A DNA stretch of 64,000 nucleotides from a bacterium. Lineage in GTDB: Bacteria > SZUA-182 > DTGQ01 > JAFGSM01. Below, in pieces: positions 50,780 through 60,938 of this stretch. How positions within the stretch are numbered: position 1 is the first letter of the stretch; the number at the start of each line of letters is the position of its first letter. Made by a program: the position numbers and the translations under genes. The notes beneath the pieces are model-generated. The model searched no databases. It was not told where the DNA came from and worked only from the letters and a program-made list of their open reading frames with translations. The DNA lies in assembly GCA_049472335.1 (NCBI GenBank), contig JBLIRO010000019.1, forward strand, positions 1 to 64,000, given 5' to 3'.

Positions 50780-51220
50780 ATGTCTTATTGCGAAAACATA
50801 TTTTTGGAAATTCCGGAAAGGATTTATTTTTTCGATAAGGGGATCCGCTTTGAATGTCAAAGATGCGGTGCATGTTGTACCGGAGAACCAGGAGCGGTTT
50901 ATATTGATATAAATGAATCCGGACTCATTACAAATTTTCTTGGTATGAAACACCAAAGCTTTAGAAAAGAATATCTCCGTCGACTTGGAAACAGATACAG
51001 CATTCGGGAAGATTCCCGGGGAAGATGCGTATTCTATAATAATGGATGTGTTATCTATAACTTACGGCCGAATCAATGCAGAACCTATCCCTTTTGGTTT
51101 CGGAATCTAAGGGCAGAAAACAAATGGCGAAAGGTTGTTCAGGAGTGCCCCGGTATTGGAAAGGGACGTAAATATCTAAAAGAAGAGATCCTGAAACTTT
51201 TAAGATCTTCGTTTCATTAA
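50780..51220 (+). CDS. YkgJ family cysteine-cluster protein
   Basis: FECQRCGACC, RCVFY, CVIYNLRPNQCRTYPFW, CPG. Confidence 0.9.
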   Translation: MSYCENIFLEIPERIYFFDKGIRFECQRCGACCTGEPGAVYIDINESGLITNFLGMKHQSFRKEYLRRLGNRYSIREDSRGRCVFYNNGCVIYNLRPNQCRTYPFWFRNLRAENKWRKVVQECPGIGKGRKYLKEEILKLLRSSFH

Positions 51221-51366
51221 TCCCTTAAGGTATTGGCCAATTTATTCTTTAACAAATAATAAATACTTTTTTAGTATTTATTTTATATATAATTTAAACT
51301 TCAAGGAGCCCGGTGTTAAAGACATTATAATATGATATCTAATAGTATGATAGGAGGGTCGTGACC

Positions 51367-53934
51367 ATGTTAAGAAGCAGAAAGGGTAAACGAAATGTAA
51401 GGGTTTTTGAGCGAATCATCCCTGTCCTTATAGTACTGATATGTATTTTGCTTTTCCGGGGAACTGGTATTTGTGCAGGTGGTATGGGGGGAATGAATGA
51501 TGACTGTTCAAGTAATTTTGATTGCTCAAACAGATATTTTTGCGAGAAGGATCTTAATGATTGTGCCGGGGATGGGGTATGTGAGGAAAAGCCAAGGTAC
51601 TGTGCTGAGGTATCGCAACCTATATGCGGTTGTGATGGAATCACCTATCCCAATGAATGCGAAGCCAGCAGGCGCGGGATAAGCACAGATTATACAGGGC
51701 AATGTATATCCTCTACAACAACACAATGTTCCGTTAATACGCAATGTCCCAATGGCTCCTATTGCCAGAAGAGTGAAGGAAATTGCACAGGGCAGGGTGA
51801 ATGTGTGTCTAAGCCGGCCTTTTGTGCCCAGGTTTTGGACCCGGTGTGCGGATGTAATGAAAACACCTATCCCAATGAATGCCAGGCAGCCTTAAATGGT
51901 GTCAACGTGCTTTATGAAGGGGAATGTAGCCCTGTTACAAAAAGCTGTGCTAATAATAATGATTGCCTCCCTAATTTTCCTGGTTATTACTGCCAGAAGA
52001 CTGATGGAAGCTGTACGGCGCAGGGTACATGTGCACCCCGGCCAACTGCCTGTGTCCAGATTTATGACCCGGTCTGCGGATGTGATGGAGCTACATATTC
52101 TAATAAATGTGAAGCCGAGATAAAGGGTGTGAACGTTGCTCATAATGGGGAATGCCAGCCTGGCGGAGGGGTCACTTGTACCAACAATAGCGGATGTTCG
52201 GGAAATTCCTTTTGCCGGAAGACTGTAGGAAATTGTGGTGGCCAGGGGATATGCATATCCCGCTCTCATATGTGCCCCCAGATATTGGATCCTGTATGCG
52301 GATGTGACGGAAAAGACTATTCCAGTGAATGTGCGGCCGCCTCGTCCGGAGTGAGTGTAAATCATGAAGGTGAGTGTACACCCGGTGCGCAAACCTGCAC
52401 CAGTAATAGCACATGTCCGTCTGGTTCCTATTGTCAAAGGACCTTTGGTAATTGTACAGCTCAGGGGAAATGTACACCCGCACCTCAGCAATGTCCGGAT
52501 ACGTGGGAACCGGTCTGCGGATGCGACGGAAAGACCTATGCCAATGAATGCTATGCTGCCGCAAACGGGATCAATTTGGATTCAATAGGTGAATGTTCGG
52601 CAGCGACGGTACCATGCACGGATAGTAGTTCATGCGACGCGGATGAATATTGTCAGAAAACCTCCGGGAAATGTGATACGGGAGAGGGGCAATGTGTTGT
52701 TAAACCCGGGGTGTGCCCGGATTTGTGGGCGCCTGTGTGCGGATGCGATGGAAAGACCTATCCAAATGAATGCCAGGCCGCCCTTAAGGGCATAAATGTA
52801 GATTATACGGGAGAGTGTGCAGGGACCGGTCCTGCATGTTTAAGCAGTAGCAATTGCCCTGTGGGCACTGTGTGTCAAAAGACACTTAGAAATTGCACGG
52901 GACAGGGTATATGCTCGCCTCCGCCTGCTTTATGCCCTGAGATATGGGCCCCAGTCTGCGGGTGTGATGGAAAGACTTATCCCAATGCATGTACAGCGAC
53001 TTCCAAAGGGGCCAGTATTGATTATACAGGACAATGCTCCGGAAGCGGAACCCCGGTATCATGTACGGGTAATAGTGCATGTTCACCCGGCAATTATTGC
53101 AACAAGACACCGGGGGATTGTTCAGGAGAGGGCTCTTGTGTTCCGGTGCCTGAGTTATGCCCGAGTATATGGGAACCGGTCTGCGGATGCGACGGAAAAA
53201 CCTATGCCAATGAATGTGAGGCTTCAAAGGTGGGGATAAATACTGATTTTACTGGGGAGTGCTCTGCAGCCGGAATGTGGTGTCAAAATAATATGGGATG
53301 TCCATCCTTTGCGTATTGTAAGAAAGATTCATGCACAATAAGTTTTGGAAAATGCACGATAAAACCGGAATTTTGTGTACAGGTTAATAGCCCCGTATGT
53401 GGATGTGACGGAAAAACATATTCCAATGCGTGTTTGGCCGCTGTCAGTGGAATAAACGTAAAATCCACAGGAACATGTCCAACGGTTCAGCCGCCTCCCG
53501 GATATCCATATGGCGGAATCATAGGCGGAATCTATGGCGGAGTTTTCGGTGGAATCTATGGCGGAATCATAGGCGGATACATAGGTGGTTATCCGTCTGG
53601 TGGGATCATCGGAGGATACATAGGCGGCTATCCATCCGGTGGGATCATAGGCGGATACATAGGCGGTTATCCGTCTGGTGGGATCATCGGAGGATACATA
53701 GGCGGCTATCCATCCGGCGGGATCATAGGCGGATACATAGGTGGTTATCCATTCGGTGGAATCATCGGCGGATACATAGGTGGCTATCCATCCGGCGGGA
53801 TCATAGGCGGATATATAGGCGGCGGAGGAATCATAGGTGGAATTATCGGTGGTTACATAGGTGGTACATACCCGGGTTTCGGTTATCCTTATAACACCTC
53901 ATCCGGGACAAGATTCCCGACCACCATTCAATAG
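51367..53934 (+). CDS. Secreted protein with nine Cys-rich Kazal-type modules and a Gly/Ile/Tyr repeat tail
   Basis: AGGAGG RBS; signal peptide; nine copies of C..C....C......C...G.C......C......PVCGCDGKTYxNxCxA...G......GxC. Confidence 0.9.
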   Translation: MLRSRKGKRNVRVFERIIPVLIVLICILLFRGTGICAGGMGGMNDDCSSNFDCSNRYFCEKDLNDCAGDGVCEEKPRYCAEVSQPICGCDGITYPNECEASRRGISTDYTGQCISSTTTQCSVNTQCPNGSYCQKSEGNCTGQGECVSKPAFCAQVLDPVCGCNENTYPNECQAALNGVNVLYEGECSPVTKSCANNNDCLPNFPGYYCQKTDGSCTAQGTCAPRPTACVQIYDPVCGCDGATYSNKCEAEIKGVNVAHNGECQPGGGVTCTNNSGCSGNSFCRKTVGNCGGQGICISRSHMCPQILDPVCGCDGKDYSSECAAASSGVSVNHEGECTPGAQTCTSNSTCPSGSYCQRTFGNCTAQGKCTPAPQQCPDTWEPVCGCDGKTYANECYAAANGINLDSIGECSAATVPCTDSSSCDADEYCQKTSGKCDTGEGQCVVKPGVCPDLWAPVCGCDGKTYPNECQAALKGINVDYTGECAGTGPACLSSSNCPVGTVCQKTLRNCTGQGICSPPPALCPEIWAPVCGCDGKTYPNACTATSKGASIDYTGQCSGSGTPVSCTGNSACSPGNYCNKTPGDCSGEGSCVPVPELCPSIWEPVCGCDGKTYANECEASKVGINTDFTGECSAAGMWCQNNMGCPSFAYCKKDSCTISFGKCTIKPEFCVQVNSPVCGCDGKTYSNACLAAVSGINVKSTGTCPTVQPPPGYPYGGIIGGIYGGVFGGIYGGIIGGYIGGYPSGGIIGGYIGGYPSGGIIGGYIGGYPSGGIIGGYIGGYPSGGIIGGYIGGYPFGGIIGGYIGGYPSGGIIGGYIGGGGIIGGIIGGYIGGTYPGFGYPYNTSSGTRFPTTIQ
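53560..53793 (+). repeat. Six coding 39-bp tandem repeats (GGIIGGYIGGYPS/F) with degenerate flanks
   Basis: Head-to-tail units with synonymous variation and no spacers. Confidence 0.9.
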
Positions 53935-54058
53935 CCGGATGAAAGATTGGTCGTGACAGCATTAAGGAATTGTCCATATAAAAAGCGAAATCTGCCATGG
54001 ATTCAATACTTCCTGGTTAGACTTTGAATATAAATTTGAAGTTCCTGAGGTATACTTG

Positions 54059-54133
54059 AGTGCCTAAAGCTGAGGTGTTATATCTAATAAGTATTTTGAT
54101 CATATTGGAATAGCACCTCTATCTTTAGGCACT
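54059..54133. repeat. Intergenic imperfect inverted repeat
   Basis: AGTGCCTAAAG..GAGGTG ... CACCTC...CTTTAGGCACT. Confidence 0.6.
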
Positions 54134-54343
54134 TTAGGACTTACTTCCTGGATAATCTTCTCCTGTCTATAATACCATTATAAAATTAATCTATAAATTT
54201 AATCTATTGCTGAAAAAAATATAATCATGATATACTCATTTTGATAACTTAGGAAAATTTATTGAAGGTGTTTTTGGTAATTTTTTTGGAGATCCTTAAC
54301 AAAAGGAAACATCCCTTATGAAAATCTTCCGGGGAGGCAGAAT

Positions 54344-56824
54344 ATGAGCAGCATAATACCAGATTCCATAGAATTGAAAGATTATAAACTTGAAAATATG
54401 CCGCTTCTCAAGAAATTGAGAGTAGGGCATTTTCTTGCTAGGGCTGAGGTCTGCATAGAACGATCAAAATATATTACTCAGTACCTAAGGGATTTGTCTT
54501 CACAGGACGATCCCATGGAAATAACCTATGCCAAAGCGGTGAATCATTTTCTTTCCAATAAGGCCCTACTCTTTTTTGATGATAACCTCCTGGCAGGGTC
54601 AACTACCTCAAAACCCTTTGGCGCCCCTGTTTATCCGGAGTTTACAGGTATGACCATATGGCCTGAGCTGGACAAAATAAGCACAAGAGAACAAAATCCC
54701 CAGATCCTTTCAAAAGAGGATGCGGATGAATTAAATTTCAACATCTTCCCCTATTGGATGGAACGAAATATCCTCGAATACACAAGAAGGGAATATAAAA
54801 ATCCTAAATGCATGAAACTTTTCGAACAGTTGGTTTTTTTTCTGGCAACCAAATCGGGCTGCATTTCCCACACGGTGCCAAATTACAGGGTAGCCCTTGA
54901 AAAAGGATTGGAATATATGATTGAAGAAGCATCCGCGAAGGCAAAAGAGTTAATGGCGCAGGGAAACCTAAATGCTGAAAACAGACAAATGCTCGGGTTT
55001 TATCAGGCAGTTCAGATTGCGATGCAGGGAATAATAAATTATGCCAAAAATCTCAGCAAAAAGGCTGCCGAGCTTGCATCCGACGAAATGAACCCTTCCA
55101 GAAAGGAAAATTACCTGAAGATGGCAGAGGTATGCGATAGGGTGCCTGCAAAAGCTGCAAGGACATTCCGCGAGGCAATAAATTCATTATGGATTATTCA
55201 GGTTGCGATCCATGCGGAAAATATCAATATGGCAATGAGCCCAGGAAGGCTTGACCAGATTCTATACGGATATTACAAGGATGACATGGAAAAGGGGCGT
55301 TTAAGCATTAAGGAGGCAATGGAACTGGTCGGCTGCTTATGGCTGAAACTCACTGACAATACGAACCTTGTGCCCGAGGCCGCAGAAGAGCTTTTCGGCG
55401 GTGCAGGGACGGTGCCCGCGGTTACCGTTGGAGGTGTTGATGAAAATGGGGAGGATGCCGTCAACGATCTTACCTATATTATGCTAAGGGTAACGGAATT
55501 ATTAAGGACCAGGGATCCGAGTTTGAACGCCCGTTATCATTATGAGAAGAATAAGGAAGAATACCGTGACAGGGTGGCAGAGGTAATAGCCAACACAGGA
55601 TCTGCCCCCGCCTTTCATAATGACGTGGTTGATATTAAAACCCTTGTAAACCAGGGGGTAAAACTCGAACACGCAAGAGACTATTCCATAATCGGATGCG
55701 TGGAACTGGCTGTAAGCGGCAGGAGTTATGATGCCTCCAGCGCCATTATGCTTAATCTGGTGGCCCCTCTCGAGCTGGCACTGTATGACGGGAAAAGACC
55801 CATAACAGGGGATGATCAGATCGGGCCTGCCACAGGCGACCCATCCACATTCAAGGGCTTCGATGAATTCTGGGATGCTTTTACATCACAGTTAAAATGG
55901 TTAATAGGTGAAGCGGTCCAGCTCAATGAATATTTTGGCAGGGTGCATCAGAAGATAATGCCCACTCCCCTTCTTTCAGCGTTTTTCGAAGGTCCCATGG
56001 ATAAGGGAAAGGACCTGATCTTTGGCGGGGCCTTGTATAATTCTTCAGGGGTAACACATATAGGTTTCGCCGATACGGTAGATTCCCTGAATGCCATAGA
56101 AAAAGCCGTATTCATAGACGGAAAATGCACCTTTGGTGAACTGATCGATGCCCTTCAGGCCGACTTTGAGGGGCATGAGAAGCTGCACCAATACCTTGTC
56201 AACAGGACTCCTAAATATGGAACGGAAGACCCTATAGCCGTTAAAAACTCACAAAGATTGGTCCGCTTTTTATTCGATTTGTATCAGAGCTATACGAACT
56301 ATAGAGGCGGCAAATACAGGCCGGCTTACTGGACAATGACTAATCATGCGGGTCAGGGTAAGCTTGCTGCAGCCCTTCCCAGCGGCAGGAAGGCAAATAA
56401 GGTGTTTTCCAGCGGAATCACTCCGGTATCACAGGCAGCCGGAACTCTCGCCTCCTGTCTCAAGGCTGTGGGAGAATTGGACAGCCTTTGCATCCCCGGC
56501 GGAGAGGCATTGAACCTGAAATACTCCCATATTAAAGACGAAGATGATCTGAAGAAATTCGCGCAGGCAGTTGAGGCCTATTTCCTCTATGGGGGGTTGC
56601 ATGTGCAATTCAATATCATGTCTTATGAGACCCTTCTTGACGCCAAGAAAAATCCTGAGAAATATCCGGAGCTTCTGGTAAGGGTATCCGGTTATTCGGC
56701 CTATTTTAAAGACCTGAACGAAGGTATGAAGGATGAGATAATCACAAGGACTGAATATGATCTCAAGACCGGAAAGGCTGTTCCTTTTCCTGAGTCTCAT
56801 AGGTCGATGTTGGGTTATAAATAA
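54344..56824 (+). CDS. Glycyl radical enzyme of unknown substrate (single-Cys GCVE type, not classical PFL)
   Basis: SPGRLDQ, IIGCVEL, HVQFN, and glycyl motif LLVRVSGYS. Confidence 0.9.
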   Translation: MSSIIPDSIELKDYKLENMPLLKKLRVGHFLARAEVCIERSKYITQYLRDLSSQDDPMEITYAKAVNHFLSNKALLFFDDNLLAGSTTSKPFGAPVYPEFTGMTIWPELDKISTREQNPQILSKEDADELNFNIFPYWMERNILEYTRREYKNPKCMKLFEQLVFFLATKSGCISHTVPNYRVALEKGLEYMIEEASAKAKELMAQGNLNAENRQMLGFYQAVQIAMQGIINYAKNLSKKAAELASDEMNPSRKENYLKMAEVCDRVPAKAARTFREAINSLWIIQVAIHAENINMAMSPGRLDQILYGYYKDDMEKGRLSIKEAMELVGCLWLKLTDNTNLVPEAAEELFGGAGTVPAVTVGGVDENGEDAVNDLTYIMLRVTELLRTRDPSLNARYHYEKNKEEYRDRVAEVIANTGSAPAFHNDVVDIKTLVNQGVKLEHARDYSIIGCVELAVSGRSYDASSAIMLNLVAPLELALYDGKRPITGDDQIGPATGDPSTFKGFDEFWDAFTSQLKWLIGEAVQLNEYFGRVHQKIMPTPLLSAFFEGPMDKGKDLIFGGALYNSSGVTHIGFADTVDSLNAIEKAVFIDGKCTFGELIDALQADFEGHEKLHQYLVNRTPKYGTEDPIAVKNSQRLVRFLFDLYQSYTNYRGGKYRPAYWTMTNHAGQGKLAAALPSGRKANKVFSSGITPVSQAAGTLASCLKAVGELDSLCIPGGEALNLKYSHIKDEDDLKKFAQAVEAYFLYGGLHVQFNIMSYETLLDAKKNPEKYPELLVRVSGYSAYFKDLNEGMKDEIITRTEYDLKTGKAVPFPESHRSMLGYK

Positions 56825-56847
56825 TTTAACAAAAGATAGGGGATGAG

Positions 56848-57309
56848 ATGATAACCATTATTTTAAACTTTTTTACCCTTCGTTATTTCAGATTTATAAA
56901 AGCCAAAAAAAGATTCCTGGAAAACCTGGGGTCCGAATTTGCCGAAGAATTTCTTCAGTTGCTGCTAAATCTAATGAGCCTGATGTTTTTTTTAAATAAG
57001 GATTTCAGAAGAAACATCAAGGACTTCAATGCCAGATATCTTTTTAAGAGTAAGGACTCTCAGATAACTATTGCGGCGATTTTTAAGAATAACAAGATGA
57101 AGGTCTATGAAAAGGAAATAGATAATACTAATGTGACGGTTATATTCAAGAACAGCAAAGCCCTTATGAATTTTCTGCTCTCTCCCAAGCCGGATATACT
57201 TAATTCCATTTTGAAACAAGAGGTCGCCTTTGACGGCAACCTGAACTACCTTTATAAATTCATCTTTATGTCAAGACGCCTTCAATCGATGATAACCGGA
57301 AAGGCATGA
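56848..57309 (+). CDS. SCP2 sterol-carrier-like protein
   Basis: FRRNIKDFNARYLF...NVTVIFKNSKALMNFL...DILNSILKQEVAFDGNLNYLYKF fits the SCP2 fold pattern; ATGA overlap with the activase gene. Confidence 0.6.
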   Translation: MITIILNFFTLRYFRFIKAKKRFLENLGSEFAEEFLQLLLNLMSLMFFLNKDFRRNIKDFNARYLFKSKDSQITIAAIFKNNKMKVYEKEIDNTNVTVIFKNSKALMNFLLSPKPDILNSILKQEVAFDGNLNYLYKFIFMSRRLQSMITGKA

Positions 57310-58232
57310 GCAATAGCGAAGAACAACCGCTTATATTCGACATCCACAGGTTTGCTATCGATGATGGGCCCGGTATAAGGACCACGGTATTTTTAAAAGG
57401 CTGTACCCTTGGATGTGTCTGGTGTCAGAATCCCGAATCCATTGAAAGCGGTCCTGAAATCGCCTTTTATAGAAATCTGTGCATAGGAGGAGTCTGTGAT
57501 GATTGCCTCAAAGTCTGCCCCAGAGGGGCCATTAGCCCTGAAAATGCTGAGAGGATCAACTCAGACAAATGCGGCAAATGCGGCAAATGCGTCGATATAT
57601 GCCCTTCCACAGCATTAAAGACCATAGGGAAATATTATTCTGTACCTGAGATAACGGAGGTCCTTTTGGGGGATGCCTTTTTCTACAAGACTTCCCGGGG
57701 AGGGGTAACCTTTTCGGGGGGAGAGCCCACCCTTTATATGGATTATCTGGAAAGAATTATGAAGGCCCTTAAAGAAAAGGATATCCATATCGCGATTCAG
57801 ACATGCGGAGTGTTCGGGATTTCGGAGTTTAAGGAAAGGCTGCTCAAATACATCGATCTCATATTTTACGATATAAAGCTTTTTGATCCCGGGTTGCACA
57901 AAAGATATACCGGAAGAGACAACAAAATAATCCTGGAGAATTTCATCGATCTAATAAAGGAACCCGGTATTAACATAATCCCGAGGGTGCCGCTTGTCCC
58001 TGAAATCACGGCAACGCGTAAAAATCTCCTTGAGATCGCCAGATTTCTCAGGGATGTCGGCTGCACCAGTTGTTTTCTGCTTCCCTACAATCCCGGAGGG
58101 ATAGCTAAAGGCATCTCCATAAGAAGGCCTGTGCATCCAGAAGTCTCAAAGGAAATGATGGGATTTGAGGAGGAGGAATCCCTAAAAAAATTCTTCCATA
58201 ATGAACTTACTGGGCAAGGCCCTCCATATTAA
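57306..58232 (+). CDS. Glycyl-radical activating enzyme with a ferredoxin insert
   Basis: DGPGIRTTVFLKGCTLGCVWCQNPE, two extra Cys clusters, GGVTFSGGEP, LLPYN. Confidence 0.95.
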   Translation: MSNSEEQPLIFDIHRFAIDDGPGIRTTVFLKGCTLGCVWCQNPESIESGPEIAFYRNLCIGGVCDDCLKVCPRGAISPENAERINSDKCGKCGKCVDICPSTALKTIGKYYSVPEITEVLLGDAFFYKTSRGGVTFSGGEPTLYMDYLERIMKALKEKDIHIAIQTCGVFGISEFKERLLKYIDLIFYDIKLFDPGLHKRYTGRDNKIILENFIDLIKEPGINIIPRVPLVPEITATRKNLLEIARFLRDVGCTSCFLLPYNPGGIAKGISIRRPVHPEVSKEMMGFEEEESLKKFFHNELTGQGPPY

Positions 58233-58263
58233 GTATTATATAATCATTATGGATGCTACTACA

Positions 58264-59034
58264 TCAGGCCCACATGGGAATGACGCTGCCCCCTGTGGAA
58301 TTATTGCTTTCGGCCAACCGTTCCGCATAAGCATTGCGCATTGCCCTGAATATGTTCTCATCTATTGCACCAATAAGATGAAAGAGGCTGCCAAAGGCTC
58401 CAAGGTTCAATGTATGCCCTGCTTCATGATCCATATGCCAGTTGCTCGAGGCCTTATCCACGAATGAAAAATTGCCCATATTGAAGGCCGTATCCAGAGG
58501 GTTCAGATTTCCGATAAGTCCGCCTTTCATGAAAAAAGTCCCTGTCTTCCAATCAACCTTAAGCCCTTTTATCTTTAAATATTCAACACTGAAGCCGGTG
58601 AAAAGGGCCAAAATAAGGTTGATGATATAAAAGATTAAACCAATGGCAACAATTAACCATGACATGGGAGATATCCATATAAGCCAGCCGAATAAACCCT
58701 GAAAGATCTCGCTTTGCGAAATAGGTGAAAAGACTGTCAGGGAGTTCCATGCTCCTAAGGCGATACCAATGATTATCGGCGCAGGCATCCCAACAAATAG
58801 TTTACAGAGTATAAAAGCCAGCAGTCCATTCAACGCGGCGTTCATTCCTATAAGCCAGCCCCGCATTACTTCACCGAATAGATTCCTTGAGGTAAAACGT
58901 GCAATGATGTAGAAAACTATGGACTCGATGATTACCGCTCCCAATAACCAGTAACTTATTCCTGTTCCGAAATAGAGGCCGACATTGGCCCCTGCCCCTA
59001 ATATTAGTCCCAAAAAGGCCATCCCTGAATTCAT
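58264..59034 (-). CDS. Membrane hypothetical protein with an HExxH motif
   Basis: AGGAGG RBS before ATG 59034; several TM helices; AFNMGNF...DHEAGH...YAERLAE. Confidence 0.7.
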   Translation of the reverse strand: MNSGMAFLGLILGAGANVGLYFGTGISYWLLGAVIIESIVFYIIARFTSRNLFGEVMRGWLIGMNAALNGLLAFILCKLFVGMPAPIIIGIALGAWNSLTVFSPISQSEIFQGLFGWLIWISPMSWLIVAIGLIFYIINLILALFTGFSVEYLKIKGLKVDWKTGTFFMKGGLIGNLNPLDTAFNMGNFSFVDKASSNWHMDHEAGHTLNLGAFGSLFHLIGAIDENIFRAMRNAYAERLAESNNSTGGSVIPMWA

Positions 59035-59317
59035 CCCTTTCCTCCTTTCAGTTAAATTTGTTAAATTTGGGGACGTTGTTAACAAAGTTTACTTATTATT
59101 ATGAGTTATTTTGATAGAACATATTCCAAATCGTATTATTTGTCAATATGTTATTATTTCAAGTGTATAATATTTCTTAAATCCGATCCCGCCTGATCCC
59201 TCAAGTTGTTACGAAATGTTTATTTCTCTATTGACTGAACAGAGTAATTAGCTATATTCTTTTATAATGAGGTCCGTTTTTTTGTTTACATCATAAAAGA
59301 CCTAACCGGAATTTAAA

Positions 59318-60235
59318 ATGAAACAATCTTTGAAAAAAAATATATATAAGGTCACCTGGGAAAACATGGCCCCGCCTTATAAAGACTATGAATATTTTGC
59401 GCATTGTGATAACTACCCTTTTCAATATAATGCTGACAAATTCAACCTCATCAATGCCTGGTGGCTCATTGAAGCTTCAACCCTTGTCTACGCGGAAGAG
59501 GATTTTGTGAGGGAGCAATTCAGCAAGGCCAAGTTAAAAGATGTAAGGTATTTTACTGGTGAAGATACGCAGTGTTTTGTTGCCGGTAATGCGGATTTTG
59601 CCATCGTGGCCTTCAGAGGCACAGAGCTCCGGCAGTGTAAAGGATGTAAAGATTTTCACAATATTATTGCTGACATAAAAACGGATCTGAAAATAAAGCC
59701 TGTGGATTCCGGCGGCAAGGGCAAAGTTCACAAGGGCTTCAATGATGCGCTTGACAAGGTTTGGGAGAAATTATGCAGCCACATAGAAGATCTTCATAAA
59801 CAAGGCAAAACGGTATGGATGACCGGCCATAGCCTGGGGGCTGCCCTGGCAACCCTTGCTTCATATCGCTATGGTAAGGTTCAGGGCCTCTATGCATTCG
59901 GGTCCCCCCGTGTGGGGAATAGAGAATTTAAGAATGATTTTAAGATCAGGGCATACCGGTTTGAAAACAACAATGACATTGTTTGCAAGGTGCCGCCGCC
60001 GGGTCTGTATTTTCATGTAGGGGAATTGAGATATATAGGCAGCAATGGTTTGATTTATTCGAATGTAACCCCAGGTAAGAGATGGATGGATGAAATGAAG
60101 GGACGTTTAATGAATGTATTATATTCATTTTCATTCAGGCATGGTGGAGGTATTTTCAGGCTTGTCCCGGATGCAATGAAGGACCATGTTCCGGTGCTTT
60201 ATGCCATACATATCTGGAACAATCTGGATGCCTAA
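59318..60235 (+). CDS. Lipase class 3 family protein
   Basis: VAFRGTE, VHKGF, TGHSLGAALA, FGSPRVG, NDIV, DH. Confidence 0.9.
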   Translation: MKQSLKKNIYKVTWENMAPPYKDYEYFAHCDNYPFQYNADKFNLINAWWLIEASTLVYAEEDFVREQFSKAKLKDVRYFTGEDTQCFVAGNADFAIVAFRGTELRQCKGCKDFHNIIADIKTDLKIKPVDSGGKGKVHKGFNDALDKVWEKLCSHIEDLHKQGKTVWMTGHSLGAALATLASYRYGKVQGLYAFGSPRVGNREFKNDFKIRAYRFENNNDIVCKVPPPGLYFHVGELRYIGSNGLIYSNVTPGKRWMDEMKGRLMNVLYSFSFRHGGGIFRLVPDAMKDHVPVLYAIHIWNNLDA

Positions 60236-60240
60236 ATAAA

Positions 60241-60930
60241 ATGTCCAGGGAAAGGATATTAATAGTAGAAGACGATCCGAATATCTCGCAGCTTGTCAAG
60301 TATAATCTGGAGAAGACAGGTTACACGTGTATTTTGAGCATAACCGGGGAAGCTGCATTAAGGATACTGAATAAAGAGAATATAGATCTTATCATTTTGG
60401 ATATTATGCTCCCGGAAATGGATGGATTTGAGGTGTGCAGAAGGATAAAACAGAATCAGGACATCGCCAATCTGCCAATAATAATGCTCACTGCCAAAGG
60501 GGAGGAAATAGACAGGATAGTGGGACTTGAGCTGGGTGCTGATGATTATGTGGTGAAACCCTTTAGCCCCAGAGAACTGATCTTGAGAATAAAGGCCATA
60601 TTAAAACGCGGTAAAATTCCGGATATCATTTCGGATATCCTTGTTGCCGGTAAATTAAAGGTGGACATTTCGAAACATAAAGTGACCTTTGATGATACCC
60701 CTATAGATTTGACACCAATGGAATTCAAGCTTCTTGTGACCCTCATGAAAAGAAAGGGACGTGTACAGTCAAGACATGTGTTGTTGTCGGATGTATGGGA
60801 TATGGGTAGTGATGTAACCACCAGAACTATTGATACCCATATTAAGCGCTTACGGGAAAAATTGGGTCAGGCAGGGATATTTATAGAGACTGTGAGGGGC
60901 CTTGGATATCGATTTAGCGAAGAGGTTTAG
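60241..60930 (+). CDS. phoB: OmpR/PhoB-family response regulator
   Basis: REC domain (VEDD, LDIMLP, MLTAKGEE, KPFSP) and winged helix (TRTIDTHIKRLR, TVRGLGY); next to a PhoR-like kinase. Confidence 0.8.
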   Translation: MSRERILIVEDDPNISQLVKYNLEKTGYTCILSITGEAALRILNKENIDLIILDIMLPEMDGFEVCRRIKQNQDIANLPIIMLTAKGEEIDRIVGLELGADDYVVKPFSPRELILRIKAILKRGKIPDIISDILVAGKLKVDISKHKVTFDDTPIDLTPMEFKLLVTLMKRKGRVQSRHVLLSDVWDMGSDVTTRTIDTHIKRLREKLGQAGIFIETVRGLGYRFSEEV

Positions 60931-60938
60931 TTGAGTAC

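Noticed and set aside
53430..53894. Arg/Trp-rich repetitive ORF, and a possible CRISPR array
   Set aside because: It is an alternative frame of the Gly-rich tail of the Kazal protein. The 39-bp units are head-to-tail with codon-position variation and no unique spacers, and no cas genes are present.
54344..56824. Pyruvate formate-lyase (pflB) call
   Set aside because: It lacks the adjacent Cys-Cys pair, and its activase has a ferredoxin insert, unlike PflA.
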